A stretch of DNA of 64,000 bases from NCBI GenBank assembly GCA_963664115.2, contig CAXWPJ010000009.1:544001-608000 (forward strand). The letters are read 5' to 3'. This document shows positions 19,878 to 29,079 of the stretch, one piece after another. Origin of the DNA: Terriglobia bacterium. GTDB lineage: Bacteria > Acidobacteriota > Terriglobia > 20CM-2-55-15. How positions within the stretch are numbered: the first letter of the stretch is position 1; each line of letters starts with the position of its first letter. A program made the position numbers and the translations under genes. The notes beneath the pieces are model-generated. The model was not told the origin of the DNA, searched no databases, and worked only from the letters and a program-made list of their open reading frames with translations.

Positions 19878-19914
19878 AAGCTAACATTAGTGCAATAACG
19901 TGTCAACACTAATG
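19878..19914 (-). promoter_or_regulatory. sigma70 promoter TTGACA-N17-TAGCTT (extended -10) overlapped by an 8-bp inverted repeat
   Basis: -35 at 19901-19906, -10 at 19878-19883; CATTAGTG-N14-CACTAATG at 19885-19914. Confidence 0.65.
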
Positions 19915-20193
19915 ATTCCAAGAGCTTCCCCGCCTGCAGGCAATTCGGTGAGGCCCTCGTCACCCTCGCGGTTCATTCTGCTAAGGCATTCGACAGGCCA
20001 AAAAGACTCAAAGGCAAATTATAGAGAATAAAGGACCGCGGCTGGATGAGACGGTCATCGATACGCACGTTTGCCTCACGACGGACCGGATCGTGTTTAA
20101 TTTCGACTCATGCGGAGCGCTATCGAGAAATTAGGGACCGAGGAATCCTGTGTGTCCTGATCACTGAGCCGCTTTCTAATCATCGAGCCGTTC

Positions 20194-21207
20194 TTAATTA
20201 GTGAGCCGGACCTCGGCAAACTCAGGGAATACGTTTCGTTCGATGCGGGCGAGGGCAGTCCTTCGTTCGAAGAAACCCGTCGCGGGGTTCAGTCGGTTCG
20301 TGGAGTGATAGACCCTCCGGAGGGAGCGGCGCGTGCCGCTGCCTTCTATTGCATGCCCAACGGCCAAAACAGCTGTCGCATCGCCACGAGCGAATTGAAG
20401 GTAATCCAGTAAGGGGGCGGTATCTGGTAAACCCACCCTCGATGCGAACTCGGCAGAACTTCCGAAAAGGATGCGGGCACGTTCCTCGATGATGCGCTCG
20501 ACCCGCGGCGGGTCCAGACCTGGAACTGCTTCCAGGACCCAGCGCGAGGCGAAGTTGGGATTCACACGGGCACCCACCGGGGAAGTGGTCAAGTATTGGT
20601 CTAAGCGTCCACGAAAAACTCGACCGTCACGGGTTTCCATAAGGCTCGGACGGAGATCCTCGAGCCGTATACCCCGGATCAAGGGAAGATCTGAGATCCC
20701 GGGCTGTCCGTTTCTCGGTGCGTAGCCCGAGCCGAGATAAGCGAGGGCCTCGGCCCCAAGCAAACGGGGCGTTTCGTCTGGATCCGTCCAATCCTGAAAT
20801 GCCTGGGTGAGCCTCTCGCCCTCCCGCGGGTCTCGGGTCCAATTGGAAAAAAAGCTCCGGAGCAAGATCTCTGGAGCCGTCAGGGGATTAATCTTTCCAT
20901 TATCGCCCTCGAAAAACAGGTCCACGGAGCCTTCAGGAAAACCGATCCTGTAGTGGAAGCCTTCATCCATGATTTCAATGGGAAGACCCGCCAGGTCTTC
21001 CTGGGCGCTACCGAGCCCACGGACTTCGAGGTAGGGCGCCATCTCCAATCCTGCCATCGCCAGCCGTTCGGCACCGAGGGCTTCCCGCTCGTTGGCGGCA
21101 ATGCGCGCCTCGACGCCTGCGGCCGCCGTCAAACTCAAAGCAATGGACGAAACGATGATGAGAACCCAAAGGACGGTCAACAGTGCAAAGCCCCGCTCGA
21201 CCCTCAT
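20194..21207 (-). CDS. gspK: type II secretion minor pseudopilin GspK
   Basis: RGFALLTVLW prepilin-like N-terminus lacking E5; GKIN, DWTDPD, VNPNFA..VL.AVPGL motifs; ATGA overlap with gspJ. Confidence 0.92.
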   Translation of the reverse strand: MRVERGFALLTVLWVLIIVSSIALSLTAAAGVEARIAANEREALGAERLAMAGLEMAPYLEVRGLGSAQEDLAGLPIEIMDEGFHYRIGFPEGSVDLFFEGDNGKINPLTAPEILLRSFFSNWTRDPREGERLTQAFQDWTDPDETPRLLGAEALAYLGSGYAPRNGQPGISDLPLIRGIRLEDLRPSLMETRDGRVFRGRLDQYLTTSPVGARVNPNFASRWVLEAVPGLDPPRVERIIEERARILFGSSAEFASRVGLPDTAPLLDYLQFARGDATAVLAVGHAIEGSGTRRSLRRVYHSTNRLNPATGFFERRTALARIERNVFPEFAEVRLTN

Positions 21208-21854
21208 CGAAGCACCAGCCCATCCCAATTCGTTTGGGCGTAATCCAAGGGAAGCAAAATCTGGCGCGGTCGTTCACCTTCGAAACCAATCACGATACGA
21301 ACCGCGGCAGGCAGTTCCCTGCCCTCCTCACCCTGCCAGGCGTCAATCCATTCGGCATCGCGTCCGAGCCTCGGGCGCCGCAGGTAGGCGATATCTAAGG
21401 ACTCCACGCCCGACAAATAAAGTGTGTCATAGGGCTCCATTTCGGCAGAATTATCTGGAGAAAGAACGCGGCGTTCTTCAATGGCGAGACGCGGATCGAC
21501 GGCATCTCTGTCCCAGTAGATCCGAATCCAACGTGGGACAGAGTCCGGCCGTCGGAAACTCTTCGGTGACACAAGGTCGAGGCGGGCTGCGGAACCCACA
21601 AAACCCAATCGCTCGCCGTCTTGGGTTCGGAAGGCGAGAGGCAACGCCGATTGAATCTGATCGCGAAGAACAGCCACACTCGTATTCCGCTCGCGCGATT
21701 GGTCTATGCGCTCATAGCCCGTCGACCACATCGTCAACGAGCTGCCTAGAGCTGAAAACGCGACCGTCACGACGAGACCCAGTATAGAAAACGCAACGAC
21801 GAGTTCGATGAGTGTAAAACCCCTGTCTCGCACTTGATTCTCAGCCGAGGGCAT
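21204..21854 (-). CDS. gspJ: type II secretion pseudopilin GspJ
   Basis: RGFTLIELVV N-terminus; W..W...LPAAVRI C-terminal motif. Confidence 0.88.
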   Translation of the reverse strand: MPSAENQVRDRGFTLIELVVAFSILGLVVTVAFSALGSSLTMWSTGYERIDQSRERNTSVAVLRDQIQSALPLAFRTQDGERLGFVGSAARLDLVSPKSFRRPDSVPRWIRIYWDRDAVDPRLAIEERRVLSPDNSAEMEPYDTLYLSGVESLDIAYLRRPRLGRDAEWIDAWQGEEGRELPAAVRIVIGFEGERPRQILLPLDYAQTNWDGLVLR

Positions 21855-22278
21855 TGAGCTGCTCCGCCAGAGGTCGAGGCTCCTCAGGAGCTGGGGCTAA
21901 GACCCGATAGCTATGGATCGTCCAGGTTCGAACACCCGAGCGGCCGTCCCACTGGAGTTCGAGCGCGATCCGAACGACGGCTAAATTACCGAACCGCGTG
22001 TCGGGAGCGATATAGGGCAGGATTTCAATGCGCCAAGCAACATCGTCATCGGACCTGCCGGATGCGGTATCGCCAATCCGCAGCGTAGGCACAAGGTCGA
22101 TTTGGGCCAGTTTCAGGCGGGCAAAATCCATGCGCCGCTGGGCCCCTTCCGTTTCCACGGTCGTCCGCAATGAAGTCGACATCCCATTCATAACGACTGA
22201 AAAAGATATGGCCAGTATAGCGACGGCAACCATCACCTCCAGAAGAGTGAATCCTCCCTGCGTACTGCCTGTTTTCAA
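21841..22278 (-). CDS. gspI: type II secretion pseudopilin GspI
   Basis: GFTLLEVMVAVAILA; position between H and J. Confidence 0.85.
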   Translation of the reverse strand: MKTGSTQGGFTLLEVMVAVAILAISFSVVMNGMSTSLRTTVETEGAQRRMDFARLKLAQIDLVPTLRIGDTASGRSDDDVAWRIEILPYIAPDTRFGNLAVVRIALELQWDGRSGVRTWTIHSYRVLAPAPEEPRPLAEQLNALG

Positions 22279-22739
22279 CGTTCTCCCTCTACAAAACGGG
22301 CTTCATAGCCGTCAATGACGATCGCTCCGCTTCGCCCGCTGCTGCTGGTCAGATCGAGGCGCTGGGGACCCAGAATGTGGCCGGAACGCGACACGACATA
22401 AACGCCGTCATAAGCTCCGTCCCTGGCCGAACCTGCGGAAACACCGGCCGGTAAAACAATTTCTTCGAGGATTGCTTCCCCACGGTCAAAGACGACCAAG
22501 CGATCCGAGTTGAGAGCGATGAAGTGTTCTTCTTGCGCGAGCCGGGACTGGGCCTGAGCCCTACGGAAGCTATGCTGCAGCTGCCGGCCAAAAGTCCGGA
22601 AGCGCAGGTTATCCACGGTGTTCCCGACAGCGGGCCCGACGAGAGTCATGGCCAGAGCCAACAAGGCCAACACGACCATCAGTTCGATCAATGTAATACC
22701 GCGGGATCGGGGTTTGAAATTCTGTGAGCGGAGACGCAC
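22275..22739 (-). CDS. gspH: type II secretion pseudopilin GspH/FimT-like
   Basis: RGITLIELMVVL; GGAGG RBS before the GTG start. Confidence 0.85.
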   Translation of the reverse strand: MRLRSQNFKPRSRGITLIELMVVLALLALAMTLVGPAVGNTVDNLRFRTFGRQLQHSFRRAQAQSRLAQEEHFIALNSDRLVVFDRGEAILEEIVLPAGVSAGSARDGAYDGVYVVSRSGHILGPQRLDLTSSSGRSGAIVIDGYEARFVEGER

Positions 22740-22759
22740 GGAGATCCTCCTGCTAAGTC

Positions 22760-22785
22760 AAGACGCATCCTCAGCGAAAAAAGAC
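22760..22785 (-). promoter_or_regulatory. putative ECF promoter GTCTTTTT-N11-GCGTCTT upstream of gspH
   Basis: Same motif and spacing as at 39591-39616 and 44833-44858. Confidence 0.7.
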
Positions 22786-22889
22786 GAATTTCAGGGAAGC
22801 GTTTGGGTGCTGAGGCGTTCAAAGCTCGTCCAGCCCGCCAGAAGCGGTACCGGCGGCATCTGACGCCTCCGTTCTACATTTATCTCTTT

Positions 22890-23285
22890 TTATCTTCGGA
22901 TGCGATTAAGCTGCAAGGCAGATTCCGCACGTTCGGCGATGCCACACCCCTCTTGTTCGGGAACGATACGGGACGTCACACCGAGGATTCGCTGCGGATC
23001 CGCGAGGACGATTCGCCATTCGGTATCGAATCGGCACTCCCGCCCGTCCCCGAGCAGGGCGACAAAGTAACCACTCCCTTCGTAGCTGTTGAGTTCAGTC
23101 CACGAAAGATCGACTTCGTATTCTACGAACTGCGCGTGATCGGCGCCGAGACTGACATGAATACCCGTGTCTGTGCGTACAAGCCGGTAGTGTGTGTCCT
23201 TGTCGACGACTTCCCAAAGGCCGGAAGGATTGAAAGTCTGCTGAGTGAATCCAAGGCTTAGAAGTAGTAGCAACGCTTTCATCAT
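22890..23285 (-). CDS. small secreted beta-rich hypothetical protein
   Basis: Short signal peptide, FNPSGLW start and two Cys; TTGACG-N18-TACTAT promoter ends 7 nt before the ATG. Confidence 0.7.
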   Translation of the reverse strand: MMKALLLLLSLGFTQQTFNPSGLWEVVDKDTHYRLVRTDTGIHVSLGADHAQFVEYEVDLSWTELNSYEGSGYFVALLGDGRECRFDTEWRIVLADPQRILGVTSRIVPEQEGCGIAERAESALQLNRIRR

Positions 23286-23419
23286 GTTTCGAATAGTACG
23301 AACAGAGGGCTGAACCCGTCAAGAGGCTTCCGCCACCCGGTATTCAAGCTGGCCTCCTGAACTTTTGAATCGAGGCGTTGACCGCCCAGAAAGAGTTCAA
23401 ATAGACTTGGCCCTGACCG

Positions 23420-24571
23420 ATGAAAAATTCTGACCTCGCCCTCGCCCTCATAGTCTTAGCAATGACGAGTGCTCTCGTCGACACCGCCTACGCGCAAGAC
23501 GCCGCTCCTGCCATAGCGGCGAACGGTTCTCAAGTCACCACACATATAACTCAAATTGTTGACCTTTCATTAACTGTCGAGATCGAGGCGGGAAGCAGTG
23601 TTGGCGAAAATGGCGACTGGTGGCTTGTCGCGGAAACACCCTCCGGCTGGTATAGCTACGACATCCATGACCGGGCATGGAAGCCGGGCTTTTTTGTGAG
23701 CTATCAGGGTCCGTTGATCGATCTGCCTTCTTTTGGGGTGTCGTCTCTGACAGGTCTACCCATCGGGACGTATACGTTCTATTTTGGCGTCGATCTTCTC
23801 ATGAACGGCAGCTTGGATACAGGACGCTTGTTCTACCGCAGTGTGGCGGTCCATGTCGACGATATCTGGCAACCCGCACCGGGCGCCCACTGGCAGTGGC
23901 AGCTGAGCGGCACGATCGACACCTCGTTTGTGACCCAGATGTACGACATTGACCTCTTTGAAGTCGCGCCAGGGGTGATTGACCAGCTCCACGCCGATGG
24001 ACGCGTGGTGATCTGCTATTTCAGCGCCGGCAGTTGGGAAGACTGGCGGCCTGATGCGGCCACGTTTCCCGCCGCCGTACGGGGGGAGCCTCTCGAAGAC
24101 TTTCCTGACGAGACTTGGCTGGACATTCGCCAGCTCGACGGCCTGGGCCCCATCATGAGGGCACGTCTAGATCTGGCTGTGGAGAAGGGCTGCGATGGCG
24201 TGGAACCGGATAACGTGGACGGCTATGTGAACGAGACCGGCTTTGGGCTCACCGCCCAGGATCAGCTCAACTACAACCTCTGGTTGAGCGTCGAAGCACA
24301 CGCCCGGGGGCTGTCTGTTGGCCTGAAAAACGACCTGGACCAGGTCGCTGACCTCGTCCCGTTCTTCGACTGGGCCTTGAACGAACAGTGTTTTCAGTTC
24401 AACGAGTGCGCGTCGTTGCTCCCGTTCGTTGAGGCTGGCAAGGCGGTGTTCGGAGTCGAGTACGAGGGGAACCCAGAGACGTTCTGCCCCGAGGCCAATG
24501 TCCTAGGCTATTCCTGGCTCCAAAAACGTCTGGAGCTGGATGCCTGGAGGTTCGACTGCAGCGACAACTGA
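23420..24571 (+). CDS. endo-alpha-1,4-polygalactosaminidase (GH114) with extra N-terminal domain
   Basis: WQWQL, ICYFSAGSWEDWRPD, GCDGVEPDNVD, GLKNDLDQ and NEQC motifs; signal peptide. Confidence 0.93.
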   Translation: MKNSDLALALIVLAMTSALVDTAYAQDAAPAIAANGSQVTTHITQIVDLSLTVEIEAGSSVGENGDWWLVAETPSGWYSYDIHDRAWKPGFFVSYQGPLIDLPSFGVSSLTGLPIGTYTFYFGVDLLMNGSLDTGRLFYRSVAVHVDDIWQPAPGAHWQWQLSGTIDTSFVTQMYDIDLFEVAPGVIDQLHADGRVVICYFSAGSWEDWRPDAATFPAAVRGEPLEDFPDETWLDIRQLDGLGPIMRARLDLAVEKGCDGVEPDNVDGYVNETGFGLTAQDQLNYNLWLSVEAHARGLSVGLKNDLDQVADLVPFFDWALNEQCFQFNECASLLPFVEAGKAVFGVEYEGNPETFCPEANVLGYSWLQKRLELDAWRFDCSDN

Positions 24572-24651
24572 GGGATCGTCGCTACCATCACTACACGAGC
24601 ATCAAGCAACGGCATAGCGAAAGCCCTCGACATTGATCCTGACATCGATCC

Positions 24652-25914
24652 TCACATCTTTGATTCCGCAGTGAGACGAGAATCGGCCTCTCGAATCAAG
24701 CGATACGCTCTTTCGTATGCGTAAGCCTCCTCCTCGATCGTAGGTATCGCGGCGCCGTTCATGCCGTCACGGAGGGAATCCAGAACGGTCGGATCGTCCA
24801 CAGCCGCTCGCATCAAATCCCTCAGTTGACTCGAATCCCCCATTCTAAAAAGAAATCCGTTCACTCCATCTTCGAGCTTTTCCCCAATCCCACCTACATC
24901 TGCCGCCATGACGGGGACTTGACACGCCAAAGCCTCAGCCAGAGTGAACGGGCAGTTTTCGTACCACAAAGACGGGATAACCACCACGTCAACATTACTA
25001 AGAATCCCAGCTACCTGGTCTTCACCGAATACTCCGCGAAACTCAATTCTCTTGTCTCCGGCGGCCATGGCCATGAGGCTCTCGATATAGGTAGGATCTG
25101 GACCGGAACCGTAAATCTTAAGCGACGCGCTTTCTGCCCTTAAGCCCTGAAACGCCTCTATCAGGATGTGAACACCCTTATGCGGGTTGAGAGATCCCGC
25201 ATAGCAGAAGGTAAGCCCGCGATCGATACCGTTTCGCTGACCGTTCATCTTCAGTTCCTCATACTTGAGTCCATGAGGGATGACCCTGACGTCCAGGTTT
25301 TCAAACTCCCTTCGGAAAAGTTCGGCCAGAAACCGGGAGGGAGACACCACAAGCCCCGCATTCGACAAGATCTGTTCGGTCCTCTCCAGTCGTCGAGCAA
25401 TATGATCCACGGGAAGCTCACTACAGGAACGCGCGCATCGCTCACCTTTCTCCGGTCCTTCACACAAACTATTCTCTGAAGTAATGAGATTGACCTTGGG
25501 GCAGAGCAGAAAATAGTCCGTCAGGGTAACGACATAAGGGATCTGGAGGGTCAAGAGGGCCGAGACAAATTCCGCCTGCCTCATGCAATGGACGATGTGT
25601 GCAACATCGGGCTTTTCCCGCTTGATCAGCTCGCGGGCAAGCCCTCGGAGCGGATCCGGGTCGATCACATGACCGAGATCAGCGGGGGCGTTCTCGTGTC
25701 TGAATGCCAGAACGGGTATCCCTTTGTAAATAAATTCCTTATATAAAACATTCCCGATCTTTCGATCGTAGGAGGAAGCCTCGTAAAAGCTGTAGGTGAA
25801 GACCTTCACCGTGTGCCCGCACTTCTGCATCATGGTGGCCAGGTGCAGGACGACTTTTTCGGTGCCGGTGTAGTGTTCAGGATAGAATTGATGTACGAGA
25901 TAGACGATCTTCAC
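24652..25914 (-). CDS. glycosyltransferase family 4
   Basis: GTEK, TLTDYFLLCP, HKG and PSLWYENCPFTLAEA motifs. Confidence 0.92.
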   Translation of the reverse strand: MKIVYLVHQFYPEHYTGTEKVVLHLATMMQKCGHTVKVFTYSFYEASSYDRKIGNVLYKEFIYKGIPVLAFRHENAPADLGHVIDPDPLRGLARELIKREKPDVAHIVHCMRQAEFVSALLTLQIPYVVTLTDYFLLCPKVNLITSENSLCEGPEKGERCARSCSELPVDHIARRLERTEQILSNAGLVVSPSRFLAELFRREFENLDVRVIPHGLKYEELKMNGQRNGIDRGLTFCYAGSLNPHKGVHILIEAFQGLRAESASLKIYGSGPDPTYIESLMAMAAGDKRIEFRGVFGEDQVAGILSNVDVVVIPSLWYENCPFTLAEALACQVPVMAADVGGIGEKLEDGVNGFLFRMGDSSQLRDLMRAAVDDPTVLDSLRDGMNGAAIPTIEEEAYAYERAYRLIREADSRLTAESKM

Positions 25915-25916
25915 TC

Positions 25917-28900
25917 TTAGACACCCTGGATCAGCTCGCTGTTCATTGCTTCGAGTTTCGCTCGCTCATCGCCTTCCACCTGCAAAAAGCAGTGAGCCAG
26001 TTGAGCCCCACATTGATAAGCATAGAGCTTGTAGAGGGACGAACTGAAATCGTCACGAATATGCGCATCCACCCTTTCGTAGGTCTCGTGCATGTAGGCC
26101 AGCATCATCTGGGTAAAGCTCAGCACAGCGTCAATAAGTTTCCCATCGTGAGCGCCATCCTTGTGCTCTCCAGAGTAGCTCCCATTCGCGACACGGTCGA
26201 GAAACGAAGCGAACTCGGCATCGACAATGCTGGATTCATCGGGTCGGAAGTGACGGGAAGATCCGTTCTTTAGCGCTTGTTCGAAACTCTCAGTAACACG
26301 GACGGAAAGTTCCTCGACCGAGCAGGGGTAAACGATTCTTTCGAGCGTTTCTTGGACGACAGATTGCACAGCCCCAAGAGTAAACAGAATGTCGGGGAAA
26401 AGCACATCCGGGCTTAGGGCAAGCAATGGGATGTCGGGAAACATCCGCGGCAGGAACAGATTATCCACATAACCCCTCCTCAGGTAGTAATAGGGGGCGC
26501 GATTGTGGGCATGGATCACCCGTGTTGAGCTCAAAAAAGCAATCTTGTGGTCATCCCGGATCAGCCTTAACCCCAAATCGAGATCTTCCGCATAATCGGT
26601 CTCGTACCGATACCTTAAAAAATCATCCCGTCTTATCAGACAGGCCAGATCAGACAATTGTGCGTTCTTCCGCAGGCTCGTGTGGTCTTGCTCGGCCGGT
26701 CTGCTCATGATTCGGTCCCGGCCGTCAACTTCTAGAAACTTATAGTGATTCCACGAAATGGCCCTGTAGAAAAGGTCCGCGTCTGAGGTAGGAAACTCGG
26801 CGCAGGATACGGCAATAACACTGTTGGATTTCATGGCACTGAAGAGTTCATGAAGCCACGAATCCGAAGAGGGGAGCGCATCCTGTACGGTGAACAAAAG
26901 ATACTCTCCCGAGCTGTGATCGGCCCCCAGGTTCCTGGCGTAAGCATGGGAAAATTCTTCTGGGAGAATTTCTATAATCTTTGCGCCAATACCCTTTGCT
27001 ACCTCCAGGGTCCCATCCGTGCTTCCAGAATCGACGACGACGATCTCCAGGTTCCGGAAGCCTTTCTGATTTCTGATCGCCGAAACGATGTGTCTAAAAC
27101 GCTCGCCCGCGTTTTTTGTCGGAATCACCACGGAAACGCTGACTTCTTCGAGTGGAATTGGCCTCTCTCCCACCGCAATATTTTTCAGAGTCGGGTGAGG
27201 CCGTTTTGCCACAAGCTCGGGAGCAAGTGCGGTCGGCTCCAGGCGGCTCCGGGATTGGGCACCCTCTAGGTGATCGGGCCGAGCGGACACCGACAACTGG
27301 CGTCGCAAGTTTATTCGGCGAGTTTTCAACACTGTTACGATCCAGTCGTATAGTGCTCTCCGTCTGGCGCCCGGAGCTAGAAAGCGATCGCGTGCATTCC
27401 AGTATCGGCTGAGCACACGCCAGCCGAAGCTGCCATACACTTGCCTAAGTTCATCCTGATAACCCTTATAACGGCCCAGTTCTTCTTCTTGCGCCGAAAG
27501 CCGCCGTTCTCCTACATCGAGAGCGTCCTGCAGTTGGTCAATTCGATTATTCTGCTCCCGTAACGACTGCTCCTGAGCTTGTGTCTTTGCCTGGTACCCG
27601 CCTAATTCCTGGTTGAGGGCCGCGTGAGCATCCCAGAGTTGTTGGCGCTGGGCCGCAATGAGATCCCGTTCGTGTGTAATGAGATCCCGTTCGTGTGTGA
27701 GGGCGCGATGAGCCCCCAGCAGGTCCTGGTATCGCTGGTGATCGGGAAAACGATCGACCAAAGCAAGGTAGTCCGCAGACTCCGGCCAAGATACAGTGAT
27801 CTTGCAGACTCCACCGTCGCTCAATCGCTGGAGTCTCTTTTTAGGAACAGGCAACTCAAACTGCGGATCGTCACCCGCAAGCAAGGCTGTGATTCCTTCG
27901 ATCCCGTCGTCCCGATCGGCGAATACGATTTGCTGCCCGTGCCCGGCTGCTTCCAAAGTGCTCGCCTTCCCATCCCAAACCCAGATTGCACCTCCCTGCG
28001 GATCATAGAGGGCGATCGAATAGAGACGCATCAGGCCCGGCCGATCGGAAGGGTCCAGGCGCAACGAGCTTAGAGCTCCGCTCCGCGCCGGAATCTCGAT
28101 CTCAATTTCTTGTCTTTCGACCCCCATACCCGCAAACACTACCGAGCTCCTGGACTCCTCATATTCAGAATGCTCTTGTCGCCAAAACAGCCCCACACTG
28201 TAGCGAAGTTCCGGAGTGGATGGGCCTGTTCGTATCTCCAGGTCCGTCAGTCCTACTGTTGCCGAATGCCCCTCAGCGGTGGGAACGACCTCCACTACGA
28301 ATTGATACGTCAAGCTTTCAGGCAAAGCCCGGAGATAGCTCCGTATCCTTGGTGGAAAAGCCTGAAGATGGCGCAAGCGATACTCGGAGTTGCCGAGATC
28401 CATGACGCGGTCAAGTTTGATGGGAGTCAGGCCGTGGGACTCCAAGAGCTCCACCAAACTCTTGCGAGTAAAAAAACGTAAATGAGTCTCGTCCAAAAGC
28501 CCCTCCGGCCGATATTGAAACTCTCCGGCCAGGAGGTTCGCAACCAATCCCATATGGGCAACGTTAGGAATCGATAAGAGGATGGAACCGTCTTCGGCGA
28601 GAAGTGAGGGCAGCTGATCGAGGACATCACCTGGGACTCGAAGGTGCTCGAGGATGTCAGCGCAAACGATGGTGTCGTAAAGACCCTCAGTAAAGAGGGT
28701 GGCAAGCTTTACGAGTTCGAGATCCGCGACCTGAAGCTTCCGATAATGGGGCGCCGCTCGTTTTGCCCGCTCGCTGGATAACTCAATCCCATCGACAATA
28801 CAACTTTTTTCTGAGGATAAGTACTGGCCTAAAGCTCCGTTTCCCGTGCCGAGATCCAATACTTTACTGCCGGAAGCGACCCATCGGGCGATTTTCGCTA

Positions 28901-28961
28901 AAGAGTCATCCCCCGTTGGATCCAGGAGCCGATCGTAGCGATGTTCGACGGTGTTAGCCAT
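25917..28961 (-). CDS. multidomain SAM methyltransferase / coiled-coil / GT2 glycosyltransferase
   Basis: VLDLGTGNG, DILEHL and GLLDETHLRFFT; LRLDP beta domain; coiled coil; SFGWR; VSVVIPTKN, VVDSGSTD and TVQDA. Confidence 0.9.
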   Translation of the reverse strand: MANTVEHRYDRLLDPTGDDSLAKIARWVASGSKVLDLGTGNGALGQYLSSEKSCIVDGIELSSERAKRAAPHYRKLQVADLELVKLATLFTEGLYDTIVCADILEHLRVPGDVLDQLPSLLAEDGSILLSIPNVAHMGLVANLLAGEFQYRPEGLLDETHLRFFTRKSLVELLESHGLTPIKLDRVMDLGNSEYRLRHLQAFPPRIRSYLRALPESLTYQFVVEVVPTAEGHSATVGLTDLEIRTGPSTPELRYSVGLFWRQEHSEYEESRSSVVFAGMGVERQEIEIEIPARSGALSSLRLDPSDRPGLMRLYSIALYDPQGGAIWVWDGKASTLEAAGHGQQIVFADRDDGIEGITALLAGDDPQFELPVPKKRLQRLSDGGVCKITVSWPESADYLALVDRFPDHQRYQDLLGAHRALTHERDLITHERDLIAAQRQQLWDAHAALNQELGGYQAKTQAQEQSLREQNNRIDQLQDALDVGERRLSAQEEELGRYKGYQDELRQVYGSFGWRVLSRYWNARDRFLAPGARRRALYDWIVTVLKTRRINLRRQLSVSARPDHLEGAQSRSRLEPTALAPELVAKRPHPTLKNIAVGERPIPLEEVSVSVVIPTKNAGERFRHIVSAIRNQKGFRNLEIVVVDSGSTDGTLEVAKGIGAKIIEILPEEFSHAYARNLGADHSSGEYLLFTVQDALPSSDSWLHELFSAMKSNSVIAVSCAEFPTSDADLFYRAISWNHYKFLEVDGRDRIMSRPAEQDHTSLRKNAQLSDLACLIRRDDFLRYRYETDYAEDLDLGLRLIRDDHKIAFLSSTRVIHAHNRAPYYYLRRGYVDNLFLPRMFPDIPLLALSPDVLFPDILFTLGAVQSVVQETLERIVYPCSVEELSVRVTESFEQALKNGSSRHFRPDESSIVDAEFASFLDRVANGSYSGEHKDGAHDGKLIDAVLSFTQMMLAYMHETYERVDAHIRDDFSSSLYKLYAYQCGAQLAHCFLQVEGDERAKLEAMNSELIQGV
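27657..27698. repeat. 21-bp tandem duplication (THERDLI x2) in the coiled coil
   Basis: AATGAGATCCCGTTCGTGTGT twice, exact. Confidence 0.9.
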
Positions 28962-29079
28962 GTTCAACTTCCACAATCATCCACGCGCGGGATCACTGGA
29001 TGCTTAAGTTTTGGGGTATAGCTCTGACTGCTCATAGATAGCTTAGTTCGACTCAAGGTCAGCAGTCCGGGGCGGAAGT

